Origin: Pseudomonadota bacterium
Lineage (GTDB): Bacteria > UBA10199 > 2-02-FULL-44-16 > DYJF01
Reading direction: 5' to 3'
DNA: 64,000 nt
Assembly: GCA_043823065.1 (NCBI GenBank)
Contig: JBDRBB010000001.1
Location: 1 to 64,000, forward strand
Part shown: piece after piece, positions 1 to 14,933 of the stretch
How positions within the stretch are numbered: the stretch's first letter is position 1
Layout of the letters: the number at the start of each line of letters is the position of its first letter
The notes under the pieces: generated by a model
Seen by the model: the letters and a program-made list of their open reading frames with translations, nothing else
Databases searched by the model: none
What the model was told of the DNA's origin: nothing
Translations under genes and position numbers: made by a program

Positions 1-1
1 A

Positions 2-751
2 AATTTAATTGCCGATGGTCGTATCCATCCCACGCGAATTGAAGAAATGGTAGCTAAAGTCACTAAAGAAATTGAAACAACTGTCAAAGAGACTGGTGAA
101 CAAACTGCAGTTGATCTTAACATTAATAATCTTCATCCAGAATTAATTAAACTGTTGGGATCACTAAAATATCGCTATAGTTTTGCGCAAAATGTGCTGC
201 AACATTCCAAGGAAGTTGCCTATTTAGCTGGCATGATTGCTGCAGAATTAGGACTTGATGAACAAAAAGCCAAACGAGCAGGCTTGCTGCATGATATTGG
301 TAAGGCAAGTTCTCATGAAGTAGAAGGCTCCCATGCTTTAATCGGTATGGAGATCGCCAAAAAATATCGGGAAGATCCAGATATAGTGCATTCAATTGGT
401 GCTCACCATGAAGACATTGTGCAGGAAGGACCATTAGATTTTATTATTCATGCTGCAGATGCAATTTCTGGAGCTAGACCTGGTGCGCGTCGAGAAGTTT
501 TAGAAACTTATGTCAAGCGCATTGAAGATTTAGAACAAATTTCCACTTCCTTTAAAGGTGTGGAAAAAGCCTATGCTATTCAGGCTGGACGCGAAGTGCG
601 TATCATGGTGGTTAACGATCAAGTAAACGATACTCAGGCTGCAATCTTAGCCAAAGATGTAGTAAAAAAGATTGAACAAGAAATGACTTACCCCGGGCAG
701 ATTAAAGTGACCGTGGTTAGAGAAACCAGGGCTACAGAGTATGCCAAATAG
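2..751 (+). CDS. rny: Ribonuclease Y (5'-truncated by window edge)
   Basis: Frame open from base 2 ([14 protein letters not shown]); HD domain [20 protein letters not shown]-terminal [15 protein letters not shown]. Confidence 0.97.
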   Translation, partial: NLIADGRIHPTRIEEMVAKVTKEIETTVKETGEQTAVDLNINNLHPELIKLLGSLKYRYSFAQNVLQHSKEVAYLAGMIAAELGLDEQKAKRAGLLHDIGKASSHEVEGSHALIGMEIAKKYREDPDIVHSIGAHHEDIVQEGPLDFIIHAADAISGARPGARREVLETYVKRIEDLEQISTSFKGVEKAYAIQAGREVRIMVVNDQVNDTQAAILAKDVVKKIEQEMTYPGQIKVTVVRETRATEYAK

Positions 752-760
752 TATAAAAGC

Positions 761-824
761 GACCATTGACTATAGACCATTGACCCTAAAAAGGTCTATG
801 GTTTTTGGTCCATGGTCTATGGTC
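761..824. repeat. Heptamer-built imperfect palindrome (GACYATW units followed by their reverse complement)
   Basis: gaccatt-gactata-gaccatt-gacc ... ggtc-tatggtt-tttggtc-catggtc-tatggtc. Confidence 0.9.
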
Positions 825-832
825 TGGTTTTT

Positions 833-1621
833 ATGAAAATTTTAGCAATCGGTGACATATTTGGCCGTCCAGGTCGTGCAGCAATTAAGGGGCTTTTGCC
901 CAAGTTGATTAAAGAACATGCTGTGGATTTTGTGATTATTAATGGTGAAAATGCAGCAGGTGGTAAAGGCCTCACTCCCAAAATAGTTGAGGAGTTGTTT
1001 GAATTACCAATCGATGCCATAACTGCTGGTAATCATATTTGGGAGCATAAACAATTTTATCCTTATTTTGATACCCATCCAATTTTGCGACCAATCAATA
1101 TTAAAGAAACTATGCCCGGTCGCGGGTGGTTAATTAAACAAAAAAAAGGTTTACGCATTGCTGTTGTGTCTTTGCAAGGTCAAATCTATATGGATAACAA
1201 AGGGCCTCAGGTGACTAATCCCTTCAATTATATAGAAGCAATTTTGCCAACTATTCAGGAACAATCAGATATAATTGTAATTGATTTTCATGCAGAAGCT
1301 ACTTCTGAAAAAAGAGCTTTGGCTTGGTTTTTAGATGGTCAAATCACTGCTCTTTTAGGTACGCATACCCATGTTCAAACTGCTGATGCAGAAATTTTAC
1401 CTCAAGGCACTGCTTATATTTCAGATTTAGGAATGACCGGCCCACATGCTTCAGTAATAGGATTGGATAAAGACGCAGCCATTGCTCGTTTTTTAACTGG
1501 TGAAAAGAAAACCTTTAAGGTAGCAGATAAAGGAGTTCGTTTAGAAGGGGCTGTGATTGAAGTGGATGAAAAAACATTTAAGGCCAAGTCGATTAAAAGA
1601 TTGCAGGTGCCACTTCAATGA
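833..1621 (+). CDS. ymdB: YmdB-family metallophosphoesterase
   Basis: MKILAIGDIFGRPGR, NGENAAGGKG, GNHIW, DFHAEATSEK, GTHTHVQT; usual position after rny. Start moved to ATG 833 because the upstream extension is translated repeat. Confidence 0.95.
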   Translation: MKILAIGDIFGRPGRAAIKGLLPKLIKEHAVDFVIINGENAAGGKGLTPKIVEELFELPIDAITAGNHIWEHKQFYPYFDTHPILRPINIKETMPGRGWLIKQKKGLRIAVVSLQGQIYMDNKGPQVTNPFNYIEAILPTIQEQSDIIVIDFHAEATSEKRALAWFLDGQITALLGTHTHVQTADAEILPQGTAYISDLGMTGPHASVIGLDKDAAIARFLTGEKKTFKVADKGVRLEGAVIEVDEKTFKAKSIKRLQVPLQ

Positions 1622-1672
1622 CCATTGACCATAGACAATTGACTATTGACCAGGTCAATGGTCTATAGTCTA
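1620..1672. repeat. Second heptamer-built palindrome, same family as 761-824
   Basis: gaccatt-gaccata-gacaatt-gactatt-gacc-a-ggtc-aatggtc-tatagtc. Confidence 0.9.
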
Positions 1673-1694
1673 AATATTATAAGTAAAGGGTTTC

Positions 1695-2897
1695 ATGGAT
1701 ATCAAACGTCAACTCGAAGTTATCAAACGCGGTATCGCAGAATTAATTTCTGAAGAAGAACTGATTGATAAACTAAAGCGCAAAAAATGTTTGCGTATTA
1801 AATTAGGTTTGGATCCAACAGCTCCAGATATTCATTTAGGTCATACCGTAGTTTTAAACAAGTTGCGCCAGTTTCAAGATCTTGGTCATCAGGTTTTTTT
1901 GATCATAGGTGATTTTACCGCACGTATTGGCGATCCTTCAGGCCGCTCTGATACTAGACCCCAGCTTAGTGACGCTGAAATTAAATGGAACGCTGCAACT
2001 TATATGGAACAAGCTTTTAAAATTTTAGATGAGTCTAAAACCAAAGTGGTCTTTAATTCTGAGTGGCTGGATAAAATGTCTATCATGCAGTTTGCTGCTT
2101 TGGGCGCTAAGCAAACTGTGGCGCGCATGTTAGAGAGGGATGATTTTAAAAAGCGTTACGAAGAGGGAACTGATATTAGTATTTTGGAATTTTTTTATCC
2201 CTTAATGCAAGCCCAGGATTCTGTCGAATTAAAAGCAGATGTGGAAATTGGCGGCACTGATCAAAAATTTAATTTGATTATGGGTCGTACAATTCAGAAA
2301 AGATCAGGTCAGGAATCTCAAATAGTTTTAACTTTGCCCTTGCTGGTAGGCACAGATGGCGTGCGCAAGATGAGCAAGAGTTATGGAAATTACATTGGTA
2401 TCTCTGAAAATCCGCATGATATTTTTGGTAAGATCATGTCTATTTCCGATGACTTGATGTGGTCTTATTATGAATTGCTTAGTCAAAAAACTTTGGCAGA
2501 AATAGCAGAAATAAAAAAACAGGTGCAAGCTGGAAAACTGCATCCCAAGCTAGTTAAAGAGCAATTGGCCTTGGAGATAGTAGGGCGGTTCTATGCGGAA
2601 GATGATGCAAATCAAGCCAAACAACATTTTGATCAGGTAATTGTTCAAAAACAAAAACCTTCACAGATTGCTGAATTTACTGTGGATGGCAAAGGAAAGA
2701 AAACTTTTTCTTTAGTTGATGCTTTGGCGCAAACTGAGCTGGTTTCCAGTAAATCTGAGCTCAGGAGGCTGATCAATCAAGGTGGGGTGTCAATTGATGG
2801 AAAAAAGATCACAGAGCTTGATACAGAACTTTCCACAAATACTGATCATGACATAAAAATTGGTAAAAGAAAGTTTGTGCGCATACTTTTTAAGTAG
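1695..2897 (+). CDS. tyrS: Tyrosine--tRNA ligase
   Basis: [13 protein letters not shown] (HIGH-like), KMSKS, C-terminal S4 domain. Confidence 0.98.
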   Translation: MDIKRQLEVIKRGIAELISEEELIDKLKRKKCLRIKLGLDPTAPDIHLGHTVVLNKLRQFQDLGHQVFLIIGDFTARIGDPSGRSDTRPQLSDAEIKWNAATYMEQAFKILDESKTKVVFNSEWLDKMSIMQFAALGAKQTVARMLERDDFKKRYEEGTDISILEFFYPLMQAQDSVELKADVEIGGTDQKFNLIMGRTIQKRSGQESQIVLTLPLLVGTDGVRKMSKSYGNYIGISENPHDIFGKIMSISDDLMWSYYELLSQKTLAEIAEIKKQVQAGKLHPKLVKEQLALEIVGRFYAEDDANQAKQHFDQVIVQKQKPSQIAEFTVDGKGKKTFSLVDALAQTELVSSKSELRRLINQGGVSIDGKKITELDTELSTNTDHDIKIGKRKFVRILFK

Positions 2898-2929
2898 TTA
2901 ATTTATAAGGGTTTTTTATGGAGTAGATT

Positions 2930-2985
2930 TTTTTATTTTTTTTTATTCAAAAAATGTTGACAGTTGAGTGTTCTTTCTGTAGATA
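2930..2985 (+). promoter_or_regulatory. Probable rRNA operon promoter
   Basis: T/A-tract UP-element-like stretch, perfect TTGACA at 2957-2962; the -10 box is non-consensus. Confidence 0.5.
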
Positions 2986-3120
2986 CCCAACACTTTTGAC
3001 GAGTTCGGGAAAAAAGCGCGTACAAAAGCCGCGCAAGTCGTCAGTTGAAATCATAGAAATATAAACTTGTTCATTCCACCAGTTGATATTTAAGTAGAGT
3101 GGAAGACAGGATTCTTTGTG

Positions 3121-3149
3121 CCAGCTCTTTGAAAACTAAATAGCGGATA
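3121..3149 (+). other. 16S leader processing stem and boxA-like site
   Basis: ccagctctttgaaaactaaatagcggata is complementary to 4879-4907; GCTCTTTG recurs at 4913-4920 and GATCTTTG at 5182-5189. Confidence 0.8.
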
Positions 3150-3272
3150 TTATTTGTAATGTCGCGTTTGAACGCAAGCGGGCATATTCGTTAAATCGAA
3201 TATGAGTTTCAAAGAAAGTAATTTTTTAGATCATCGATTAGTAATCATAGATGATCGCTTAAATATAAAATT

Positions 3273-4838
<1,566 letters not shown>

Positions 4839-4954
4839 TAATATCATTACCTGGTCAAAGCTTGCATCAAACGTGATTTATCCGCTATTTAGTTGTCGAA
4901 GGGCTGGAAGTTGCTCTTTGAATAATAACTGAGTCAGCTGTTCATGTAGGGTCT

Positions 4955-5031
<77 letters not shown>

Positions 5032-5040
5032 AAAATTTTA

Positions 5041-5113
5041 GGGGCTGTAGCTCAGATGGGAGAGCATTAGCTTTGCAAGCTAGGGGTCAGGGGTTCGAGC
5101 CCCCTCAGCTCCA
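5041..5113 (+). tRNA. tRNA-Ala(TGC)
   Basis: GGGGCTG...CAGCTCC-A with G3:U70; loop TTTGCAA; followed by CCCA rather than CCA. Confidence 0.97.
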
Positions 5114-5258
5114 CCCAAAAGTAAAAAGCTGCCTGCCATTGAGAGATGGCAGGCAACTTGTTAGTTTTGGACAAATAATCAGATCTTTGAAAATTAAATA
5201 GACAGAAAGTACTATATTAAAGAAGCAATTCAATTTCGAATGAGGTCTTTCAAGATTT

Positions 5259-8221
<2,963 letters not shown>

Positions 8222-8312
8222 TTTTCTTAGCACTTGATGCATATGCGAGTGCATAAGAATATGTAAAGGCCTCATTCGATATTTAATTGCTTTGTTGATA
8301 ATATATACGTTT

Positions 8313-8428
8313 TCCGGTGGTTTTAGCGAGGGGGTCACACCCGATCCCATCCCGAACTCGGCAGTTAAGCCCCTCAGCGCCGATGGTACTATGGGTTATG
8401 ATCCATGGAAGAGTAGGACACTGCCGGA
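8313..8428 (+). rRNA. rrf: 5S rRNA
   Basis: TCCGGTGG...CCCATCCCGAAC...GAGTAGG...CTGCCGGA with terminal helix. Confidence 0.97.
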
Positions 8429-8437
8429 TTTAATTTG

Positions 8438-8476
8438 AAAGGGCTCTTATGGCAACATGGGAGCCCTTTTCTTTTT
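8438..8476 (+). terminator. Intrinsic terminator of the rRNA operon
   Basis: aaagggctcttatg-gcaa-catgggagcccttt followed by a T tract. Confidence 0.9.
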
Positions 8477-8542
8477 GGAAGAGATTATGATTGAGGTGGC
8501 GATGTTTTTTTAAATAAAAATCAAAAAAATCCACTTTTTCTA

Positions 8543-8569
8543 GCAACATTTTTTACTAAGTACCGATAA
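8543..8569 (+). promoter_or_regulatory. Sigma28/FliA-like promoter
   Basis: GCAA-N15-ACCGATAA versus consensus TAAA-N15-GCCGATAA; similar motif at 27960-27987. Confidence 0.55.
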
Positions 8570-8603
8570 TTATAGTGAAAGCTAAAAATATTGGGAGGGA
8601 AGT

Positions 8604-9080
8604 ATGAAAATTCGTTTATTTGCATTGGCGTTAACTCTAATGATGCTAGCTGCCTGTTCAGCTTTTGATTCAGGTGAAAATGATTTAGGAGACGGCTCAA
8701 GCGTTGTTATGCCCAGTGTAGTTGCTGGTTTAGATTCTCAATTTGCCGGTGATTATATTGGAGCAATGATTCTTCAAGAAAATACCTGCAGTAATTTAGC
8801 CGCTGAGATTGGTGAAAAAACTCCAGTTAAAATTAATGTGATTCAAAGCGGCACTTTGGTGAGTTTGGGTTTTGCTGATGAAACTGAAGCCTCTGGAATT
8901 TTGAATGAGGCAAATGAAGCCACTATTGTAAAACGTCAATTTGCCAAGGTTGATGTATATGATGTCACTTTTGCTGATGATGGAAATATAAAAGGTACCG
9001 TTGAACATATGGAACACGGTATGGGAGATAGTAATATGGATCCTTGTGCTGTATATGATCTTAACTTGGTAAAAGAATAA
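8604..9080 (+). CDS. Hypothetical lipoprotein
   Basis: GGGAGG SD, signal peptide with LAAC lipobox, acidic mature part. Confidence 0.8.
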   Translation: MKIRLFALALTLMMLAACSAFDSGENDLGDGSSVVMPSVVAGLDSQFAGDYIGAMILQENTCSNLAAEIGEKTPVKINVIQSGTLVSLGFADETEASGILNEANEATIVKRQFAKVDVYDVTFADDGNIKGTVEHMEHGMGDSNMDPCAVYDLNLVKE

Positions 9081-9112
9081 AAATTAGAAAAGTTAATAGC
9101 AAATTACCCTGT

Positions 9113-9673
9113 TCATATTGAACGGGGTTTTTTATTTTCTAAAAAAGAAATGCATGTTTGACCATAAAGTCTGGTTTCAACCAAAGATAAATTTGGCTGT
9201 TCCAAAATTGGTTCTTTAGGGTGATGCTCTACTACGATTTTGGCATGGTCTTTTAGTAGGTTTGATTCAGAAATAATCGATAGCGTGGGATTAACTAGGT
9301 CTTTAAGATAGGGTGGATCTACAAAAATTAAATCATAGTGCAGATTTTTTTTATTTAACCGCAGCAAAGCGTTTATAGCAGGTGATCTCAGAATAGTTGC
9401 CTGTTTTGAAAAACCACATATCTCTAAATTTTTCCTAATAGTATCTATAGCAGGTTGGTAGATGTCGATAAATGTTACATGCGCTGCTCCTCTGGATAGA
9501 GCTTCAATGCCAATTGAACCTGAACCGGCAAATACATCCAACACATTAAGATCTGTGATATCAAAGAGAATGCTGAAAATGGCTTCTTTAATTTTATCTA
9601 AAGCTGGTCGGACAAGTTGAGACTTAGGTGCAACTAACTTTCTTCCCTTTGCTTTGCCGGTGATTACTCTCAT
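9113..9673 (-). CDS. rsmD: 16S rRNA (guanine966-N2)-methyltransferase
   Basis: MRVITGKAKGRKL, LDVFAGSGSIGIEALSRGA, DPPY. Confidence 0.95.
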   Translation of the reverse strand: MRVITGKAKGRKLVAPKSQLVRPALDKIKEAIFSILFDITDLNVLDVFAGSGSIGIEALSRGAAHVTFIDIYQPAIDTIRKNLEICGFSKQATILRSPAINALLRLNKKNLHYDLIFVDPPYLKDLVNPTLSIISESNLLKDHAKIVVEHHPKEPILEQPNLSLVETRLYGQTCISFLENKKPRSI

Positions 9674-9675
9674 AT

Positions 9676-9984
9676 TTATATGGAAATCCCTGTGAAATCT
9701 GAATTCAAATTTATGGCATGAGGCATAATGGTGAAGGTAATTAGAGCCAGTAAAATCATTACAGTTAAAGCAATTACAGTAATACCTAAAACCAAACCAA
9801 TTTTAGTTATTATATCTCCCTCCTTAGGGGCTTGCCCAGCTTGGATGGCTTTAAGTTCTTGCAAACCAAGTATGGTAGCTGGAATGGCCGAGAAAATGCC
9901 TAAACAAGATATGGATAATATACCCAGGACTAAGGTTGCAACAGCACGACCACTGGCTTGATTTTTTTGATTTATGTTAGACAC
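9676..9984 (-). CDS. DUF4190-like small membrane protein
   Basis: AVATLVLGILS...PATILG two-TM pattern. Confidence 0.7.
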   Translation of the reverse strand: MSNINQKNQASGRAVATLVLGILSISCLGIFSAIPATILGLQELKAIQAGQAPKEGDIITKIGLVLGITVIALTVMILLALITFTIMPHAINLNSDFTGISI

Positions 9985-10075
9985 CGTAGTTTCTCTAATA
10001 AATTTTATAACAATTTTTTAGGCTTGCCTGCAACCTAAATTCACTATAAGTATATTTAGAAACTAGGAGGCACTA

Positions 10076-10873
10076 ATGAGGAAATTATTACTTATTACTT
10101 TAATTATGGCAATATTGCCTGTTACCACGTTGGCCAAAAAAACAACCTACATTGTAACTAACCACCGCCTCAACTATGTTAAAATAGAGGAAGTAAAACG
10201 TGAAGTGGCTGAAACTCGCCAAATGGATCATCCCCAAAACATCACTGAATTGCAAATGCGTGGTATTTTAAAATCTATTAAACTCAATAAGAAACATTTG
10301 ATAGGAGAAAAAGTTAAGCACGATATGGCTGTTTTAAATGAACCAGCTATAAATTTCTTGGCACCAGCTTTGGTTAAAGCTTTTAAGGAAGCCAAACCCA
10401 ATGAAGAAGTAGTTTTTTCCTATCTGGTAAAAGATCCAATTTTTATTTTAAGAAATGATCGCATAAACATAGCCCATCTTTGGGTTAATAATAATGAATT
10501 GCATATAAAGTTTAACAAGCTATACGCCAAGGTGTCTGGAGATACAGATAAAAAGGGTTATTCTGGGCGGGCTGTGTCTAATGCTAGAGGCTTGCGTCTT
10601 GCTTTTGATATAGGGCCAGGTCAAAAGATGGGTATTAGTGATCCTGAAGAGCTAGTGGTTAATCTAGATTATGATTTCTCTAAAGAGAAACCAGACCTGG
10701 TTGCAGATCAGGGTGAAGCTGAAAATGAAGTTGAAACAGCTGCTGTTAATAGTGATGCGAATAAAGTGGATGCCAAAGAACGTTTGCAGCGCTTAGAAGA
10801 ATTGAAAAAAGAGAAATTAATTACGCCAAAAGAATATGAACAGAAAAGACAGGAAATATTAAATCAATTATAA
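10076..10873 (+). CDS. Exported protein with C-terminal SHOCT domain
   Basis: AGGAGG SD, signal peptide, ERLQRLEELKKEKLITPKEYEQKRQEIL. Confidence 0.8.
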   Translation: MRKLLLITLIMAILPVTTLAKKTTYIVTNHRLNYVKIEEVKREVAETRQMDHPQNITELQMRGILKSIKLNKKHLIGEKVKHDMAVLNEPAINFLAPALVKAFKEAKPNEEVVFSYLVKDPIFILRNDRINIAHLWVNNNELHIKFNKLYAKVSGDTDKKGYSGRAVSNARGLRLAFDIGPGQKMGISDPEELVVNLDYDFSKEKPDLVADQGEAENEVETAAVNSDANKVDAKERLQRLEELKKEKLITPKEYEQKRQEILNQL

Positions 10874-11638
10874 TGATTTAAATATTTTTTGTTCAATGGG
10901 TTTGTTGATTTCCACAGCTTGATATTCAATGATTACTTGGCTCCCTAATTTGGGCGAAACCAAAGTAATCAGCATGGGAAAATAAATCGTATTGACTAAT
11001 TTCCAGTTGGAAAAATAAACTTCGTATTGAATTTGGCCGTTTTCTTCCTGAACAGTATCCTGATTTAAGCTATATTTGACAAGCTTTTGCGGGAGTCTCC
11101 TTTTTGTATCATAATAAATATGAATGGGTTCTGAAAAGGCACGGTAGTGTCTATTCTTTCGATCGAGTTCTGCTAATTTTAAATTATGACCGTCTGGAAT
11201 TAAGCCGCTTATAATAGAAATCAGATCAGTAAAATCAATATCCGCTGCCAAATATTTTTTTAAATATTCTGTTTTTGCTTTTTTTCGAAAAGATTTGTTT
11301 TTTTGAGGCAAGTTAAGCCATATAATTTCACCATCTATGCCAGCAATGGCCCAAGTATCTGCCAAAGAATCCATGGCTTCAATTCGCAATTGCTGAGTGC
11401 GTTGAATAACAATTGCCACTTCAGTTTCTAATATTTTTTGGCTATCATCGATAATAACTTTGGCATAGGCGCTCAAAGTTTGAATATTCTGATCTCTTTG
11501 GCTCAACTCTTTTTCCAATGCTTGTGTTATTTCATTTGTTTGTCCATGAGGGTGAATAGTTTGAGGTGGAGTTTTGGCGCAGGAATAGGATGTGATTACT
11601 AAAATTATTGCTAATAAAAAATTAAACTTCATGATCAT
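10868..11638 (-). CDS. LolB/DUF4292-like lipoprotein
   Basis: Lipobox SYSC, beta-rich LolA/B-like pattern, located after a TPR gene. Confidence 0.55.
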   Translation of the reverse strand: MIMKFNFLLAIILVITSYSCAKTPPQTIHPHGQTNEITQALEKELSQRDQNIQTLSAYAKVIIDDSQKILETEVAIVIQRTQQLRIEAMDSLADTWAIAGIDGEIIWLNLPQKNKSFRKKAKTEYLKKYLAADIDFTDLISIISGLIPDGHNLKLAELDRKNRHYRAFSEPIHIYYDTKRRLPQKLVKYSLNQDTVQEENGQIQYEVYFSNWKLVNTIYFPMLITLVSPKLGSQVIIEYQAVEINKPIEQKIFKSL

Positions 11639-13260
11639 GGTAAAAAATGCTTGGTTAAGACTTGTATTTTTTCTTTTATTTTATTTAGTTCAATTTGGTC
11701 CTGTTCTTGCTTATTAGCGCCAGAAGCTAAGGCTTTCTGATAACATTCTAAGGCTTTTTGCTTATCACCTAAAGCCAGATAGACATCGCCCAGATGATCT
11801 AAAATGGTTGGTTCGTTTGGAGCAAGTTCATTAGCTTTAAGTAAATATTTAAGCGCCATCTTATTTTGACCTTGTTTATAATAGGCCCAGCCCAAGCTAT
11901 CTGTGATATACCCGTCATTTGGGTTCAAGATCAAAGCCTTTTCTATCATTAATTTTGCTTCCTCAAGTCGTTCATTTTTTTCTAAATAGCTATAACCTAC
12001 ATAATTAAGTGCTGATGCATTTTGGGGGTTTAGTTTTATAACCGTTTCCATTACCTCTAGGGCTTTATCGCGTTCGCGTGCTTTTTCATATATCAGGGCC
12101 AAGAAGAAATTTATTTTTTCATTGCTTGCAAATTTGCGGCTAGCTTTTTTAAGTAGATCAATTGCTTTATAATATTGGGTTTTCTCTTCATAAAGAGCAG
12201 CTAAAAATTCATAAAAATCTGGGATATCATCTCTTTCTTTCAAAGCAGCTTTTAAGCTAGATATTGCTTTGTCTTGTTTATTTTCTTGATAATAAATCAA
12301 GGCAATATGAAGCCTTGCTTCTTTATAAATGCTAGAATCAGATGGGATAAGGGAAAATTCATTGATTGCTTCTTCCTTTTTTTCCATAGACTCTAAAAGA
12401 ATAGCTAGATAGTAACGCACTTGGCTTGAATTTGGATGAGTTTTAATCAGAGTTCTGAATTTGGCTATGGCATTATCGTATTCTTTTAGTTCATAATAGA
12501 TTAGAGCAATACGTAATTTAAGTCCAACATCATGTGGGTTCTGGCGCTCGATTTCCAAAAGTAATTGCAAACCTTTTTTGTATTGTTTTTGATCCAAATA
12601 GATTTCAGCAATAGCTTGTTGAAGTGCAATATTATCAGGCTCAATTCCTAAGGCTTTTTTATACGTTGTAATAGCTTGATCATATAGTTTTAATTGATTA
12701 ACGTAAATGGAACCCAAAAAAGTATAAGCCACAACAGAATCCGGATTAATTTTTAAAAGACGCTGCATTGTTGCAATAGCTTTTTGATTTTTACCCATAG
12801 CAATATATGATTTAGCTAATAGAATATATACGTCTTCGCGTTTTGGATTTCTTTGGATAATTTCATCAAAAATTTTAATTGTTTCAGCAATCTTGCCGTC
12901 GCTTAAGTAAAGCTTTCCTAAAAGAATTCTGGCATCAAGAAAATTATGATCAAGTTTTATAGCTTTTTGGCAGGCAATAATGGCATTGCTTAATTGCTTT
13001 AATTTAATAAGATTTTCAGCTAATAAATAATAGAGAAAAGCACTGTTTGGCTGATTGGTAATAAGTTTTTGTAATTTAGGCAGGGCTTTTTCGGGTTGTC
13101 CATGCATGACTTCATAGTCAGCTATCAAAAACTGATAATATGGTGCATCTTTATAATGTTTGGTTGTAGCTGGTTTGGAAACTGCTGAAATTTTTTTGGG
13201 GCCGCAGTTGAAGGAGAAAAATAAGGCTAGACAAAGAATAAAGAGTATTTTTTTGGGCAC
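11635..13260 (-). CDS. Tetratricopeptide-repeat lipoprotein
   Basis: Many TPRs including ALNYVGYSY and YITDSLGWAYYK; GTG start at 13260 with GGAG SD. Confidence 0.9.
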   Translation of the reverse strand: MPKKILFILCLALFFSFNCGPKKISAVSKPATTKHYKDAPYYQFLIADYEVMHGQPEKALPKLQKLITNQPNSAFLYYLLAENLIKLKQLSNAIIACQKAIKLDHNFLDARILLGKLYLSDGKIAETIKIFDEIIQRNPKREDVYILLAKSYIAMGKNQKAIATMQRLLKINPDSVVAYTFLGSIYVNQLKLYDQAITTYKKALGIEPDNIALQQAIAEIYLDQKQYKKGLQLLLEIERQNPHDVGLKLRIALIYYELKEYDNAIAKFRTLIKTHPNSSQVRYYLAILLESMEKKEEAINEFSLIPSDSSIYKEARLHIALIYYQENKQDKAISSLKAALKERDDIPDFYEFLAALYEEKTQYYKAIDLLKKASRKFASNEKINFFLALIYEKARERDKALEVMETVIKLNPQNASALNYVGYSYLEKNERLEEAKLMIEKALILNPNDGYITDSLGWAYYKQGQNKMALKYLLKANELAPNEPTILDHLGDVYLALGDKQKALECYQKALASGANKQEQDQIELNKIKEKIQVLTKHFLP

Positions 13261-13358
13261 GTGTTTGTCTCCAGAATTTTGATTTATTAATATAAGATAT
13301 ATATTAACGTGTAACAATGATTATTTTGTAGAGAGGTGGGGATTGGATTTTCCCATAA

Positions 13359-13389
13359 AAAATGGCCACATTTAGTGACCATTTTTTTT
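13359..13389 (-). terminator. Probable terminator after tRNA-fMet
   Basis: aaaatggccac-attta-gtgaccatttt imperfect hairpin flanked by A/T tracts. Confidence 0.6.
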
Positions 13390-13390
13390 G

Positions 13391-13464
<74 letters not shown>

Positions 13465-13585
13465 TCATTTTTGATGTGTCTTGGTATAGAACAGGACTTA
13501 AACTGTCAAGAGAATAATCTTTTGCCAAGGAGTTGCTATGTTAGCTAACTTAACGTATATAAATTAGAATAACATAGGGGGCATC

Positions 13586-14263
13586 GTGAATAAACGTGCT
13601 ATAGTTATTTTTTGTTTAACGTTTCTATTCATTACAAGTTTTTCAGTTACAATATATGCCGATGAATTTTGTGTTCAAGGCAGAGAAGTTTCCACAGCTC
13701 AAGAGCGATATTGCCTGGTTAAGTTTGAGGATAAAGAAAAAAAACACGGGATTTATGAAGCCTGGCATGCAAATGGCTCTAAAAAAAGTAGAGGTGAATA
13801 TAAGGAAGGTGAAAAATACGGGATTTGGATAGAGTGGGATGACAAGGGTAGAAAGCTTGAAGAACATAACTATTTAAATGGTAAAAAACATGGTACAAGC
13901 ACAATTTGGTATATTAATGGTAAAAAGGTTTTTGAGGGAAACTATGAAAACGGGCAGGGGATTGGTGTTCATACTGAATGGTTTAACACAGGGCAAAAAA
14001 GAACAGAAAAAAATTACACTTTGAAGGGTAAAGATTTGTATACAGAAAGAAAGAGCTGGTGGCCAAATAGCCAGCAAGAATCGCTAAGTTATTATAAAAA
14101 TGGTAAACCCGAAGGAGTATATATTAAATGGTATAAAAACGGACAAAAAAAAGAAGAGGGCAGGTTTTCGCAAGGCAGGCGTGAGGGGGTCTGGAGGTAT
14201 TGGAAGGATAATGGTGAACTCAAAGGTCGCAAAATATTTAAGCAAGGAAAGATGCAAAAATGA
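13586..14263 (+). CDS. Exported MORN-variant repeat protein (YwqK antitoxin-like)
   Basis: Signal peptide; repeated G-x4-W-Y-x-N-G-x-K-K-x-E-G-x-Y units. Confidence 0.85.
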   Translation: MNKRAIVIFCLTFLFITSFSVTIYADEFCVQGREVSTAQERYCLVKFEDKEKKHGIYEAWHANGSKKSRGEYKEGEKYGIWIEWDDKGRKLEEHNYLNGKKHGTSTIWYINGKKVFEGNYENGQGIGVHTEWFNTGQKRTEKNYTLKGKDLYTERKSWWPNSQQESLSYYKNGKPEGVYIKWYKNGQKKEEGRFSQGRREGVWRYWKDNGELKGRKIFKQGKMQK

Positions 14264-14889
14264 ACAGATCCAAGATTTTATTAGGAGTTGGCATTTTAAT
14301 GATTGCCATTGCAATTTTTGTTTGGCCCAGACTGGATGAATGGTTCAACCAAGATAAAATGGTAATTACCAGTAAGGGAGTTGGAACATTTCAACTGGGA
14401 AAATCTATACCAACCCAATATTTGTCAGATATAAACAAACTACAAGTCCAATATATTTATGGGTTTTATGCCGATGGGCAGCTTTATGAAGGATTTGTGT
14501 TTTTGAATCCACCTCTTAAGGTTGCTGTTCAAAACGGTCCTTTTCTTAAATGGGACCAAGCCCATAAAGTATTTAAAGAACCCGCAGCTGATCAGCTAAA
14601 AGCAGATTTGCTTAATTTCTCTGTTGCTGAGCTCAAAGTAAAGTTTGTTGTTATTGAATCGCCAGACCTTGAAACTGCTAAAGGAATTGGGGTAGGTAGT
14701 AGTTTGGCAGAAATAAAACAAGCCTATGGGCAGGTGCAGGCCAATCCCGTTCCTCCCACATTTGGTGGAGATGAGTATGCAGTCAGACCTCTAGCGCTGG
14801 GACAGGTGGTATTTTATTTTGAGAATCAACAATCTGCCCAAACTGACGGCAAAGTAAAGCGCATCATGATTTTTAATCAATCATCTTAA
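14260..14889 (+). CDS. Hypothetical membrane-anchored protein
   Basis: N-terminal TM; TAKGIGVGSSLAEIKQAYG motif; ATGA overlap with upstream gene. Confidence 0.75.
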   Translation: MNRSKILLGVGILMIAIAIFVWPRLDEWFNQDKMVITSKGVGTFQLGKSIPTQYLSDINKLQVQYIYGFYADGQLYEGFVFLNPPLKVAVQNGPFLKWDQAHKVFKEPAADQLKADLLNFSVAELKVKFVVIESPDLETAKGIGVGSSLAEIKQAYGQVQANPVPPTFGGDEYAVRPLALGQVVFYFENQQSAQTDGKVKRIMIFNQSS

Positions 14890-14933
14890 TTAAAGCTTGA
14901 CAGAATAAGGTTTTGCAGACAATAAGGCGTCCT

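Noticed and set aside
761..1672. Repeats as a CRISPR array
   Set aside because: Units are 7 nt with no unique spacers, and no cas genes are present
5114..5117. tRNA-Ala ending CCCA instead of CCA
   Set aside because: CCA can be added post-transcriptionally, and an extra C fits a homopolymer error like that suspected in nadE
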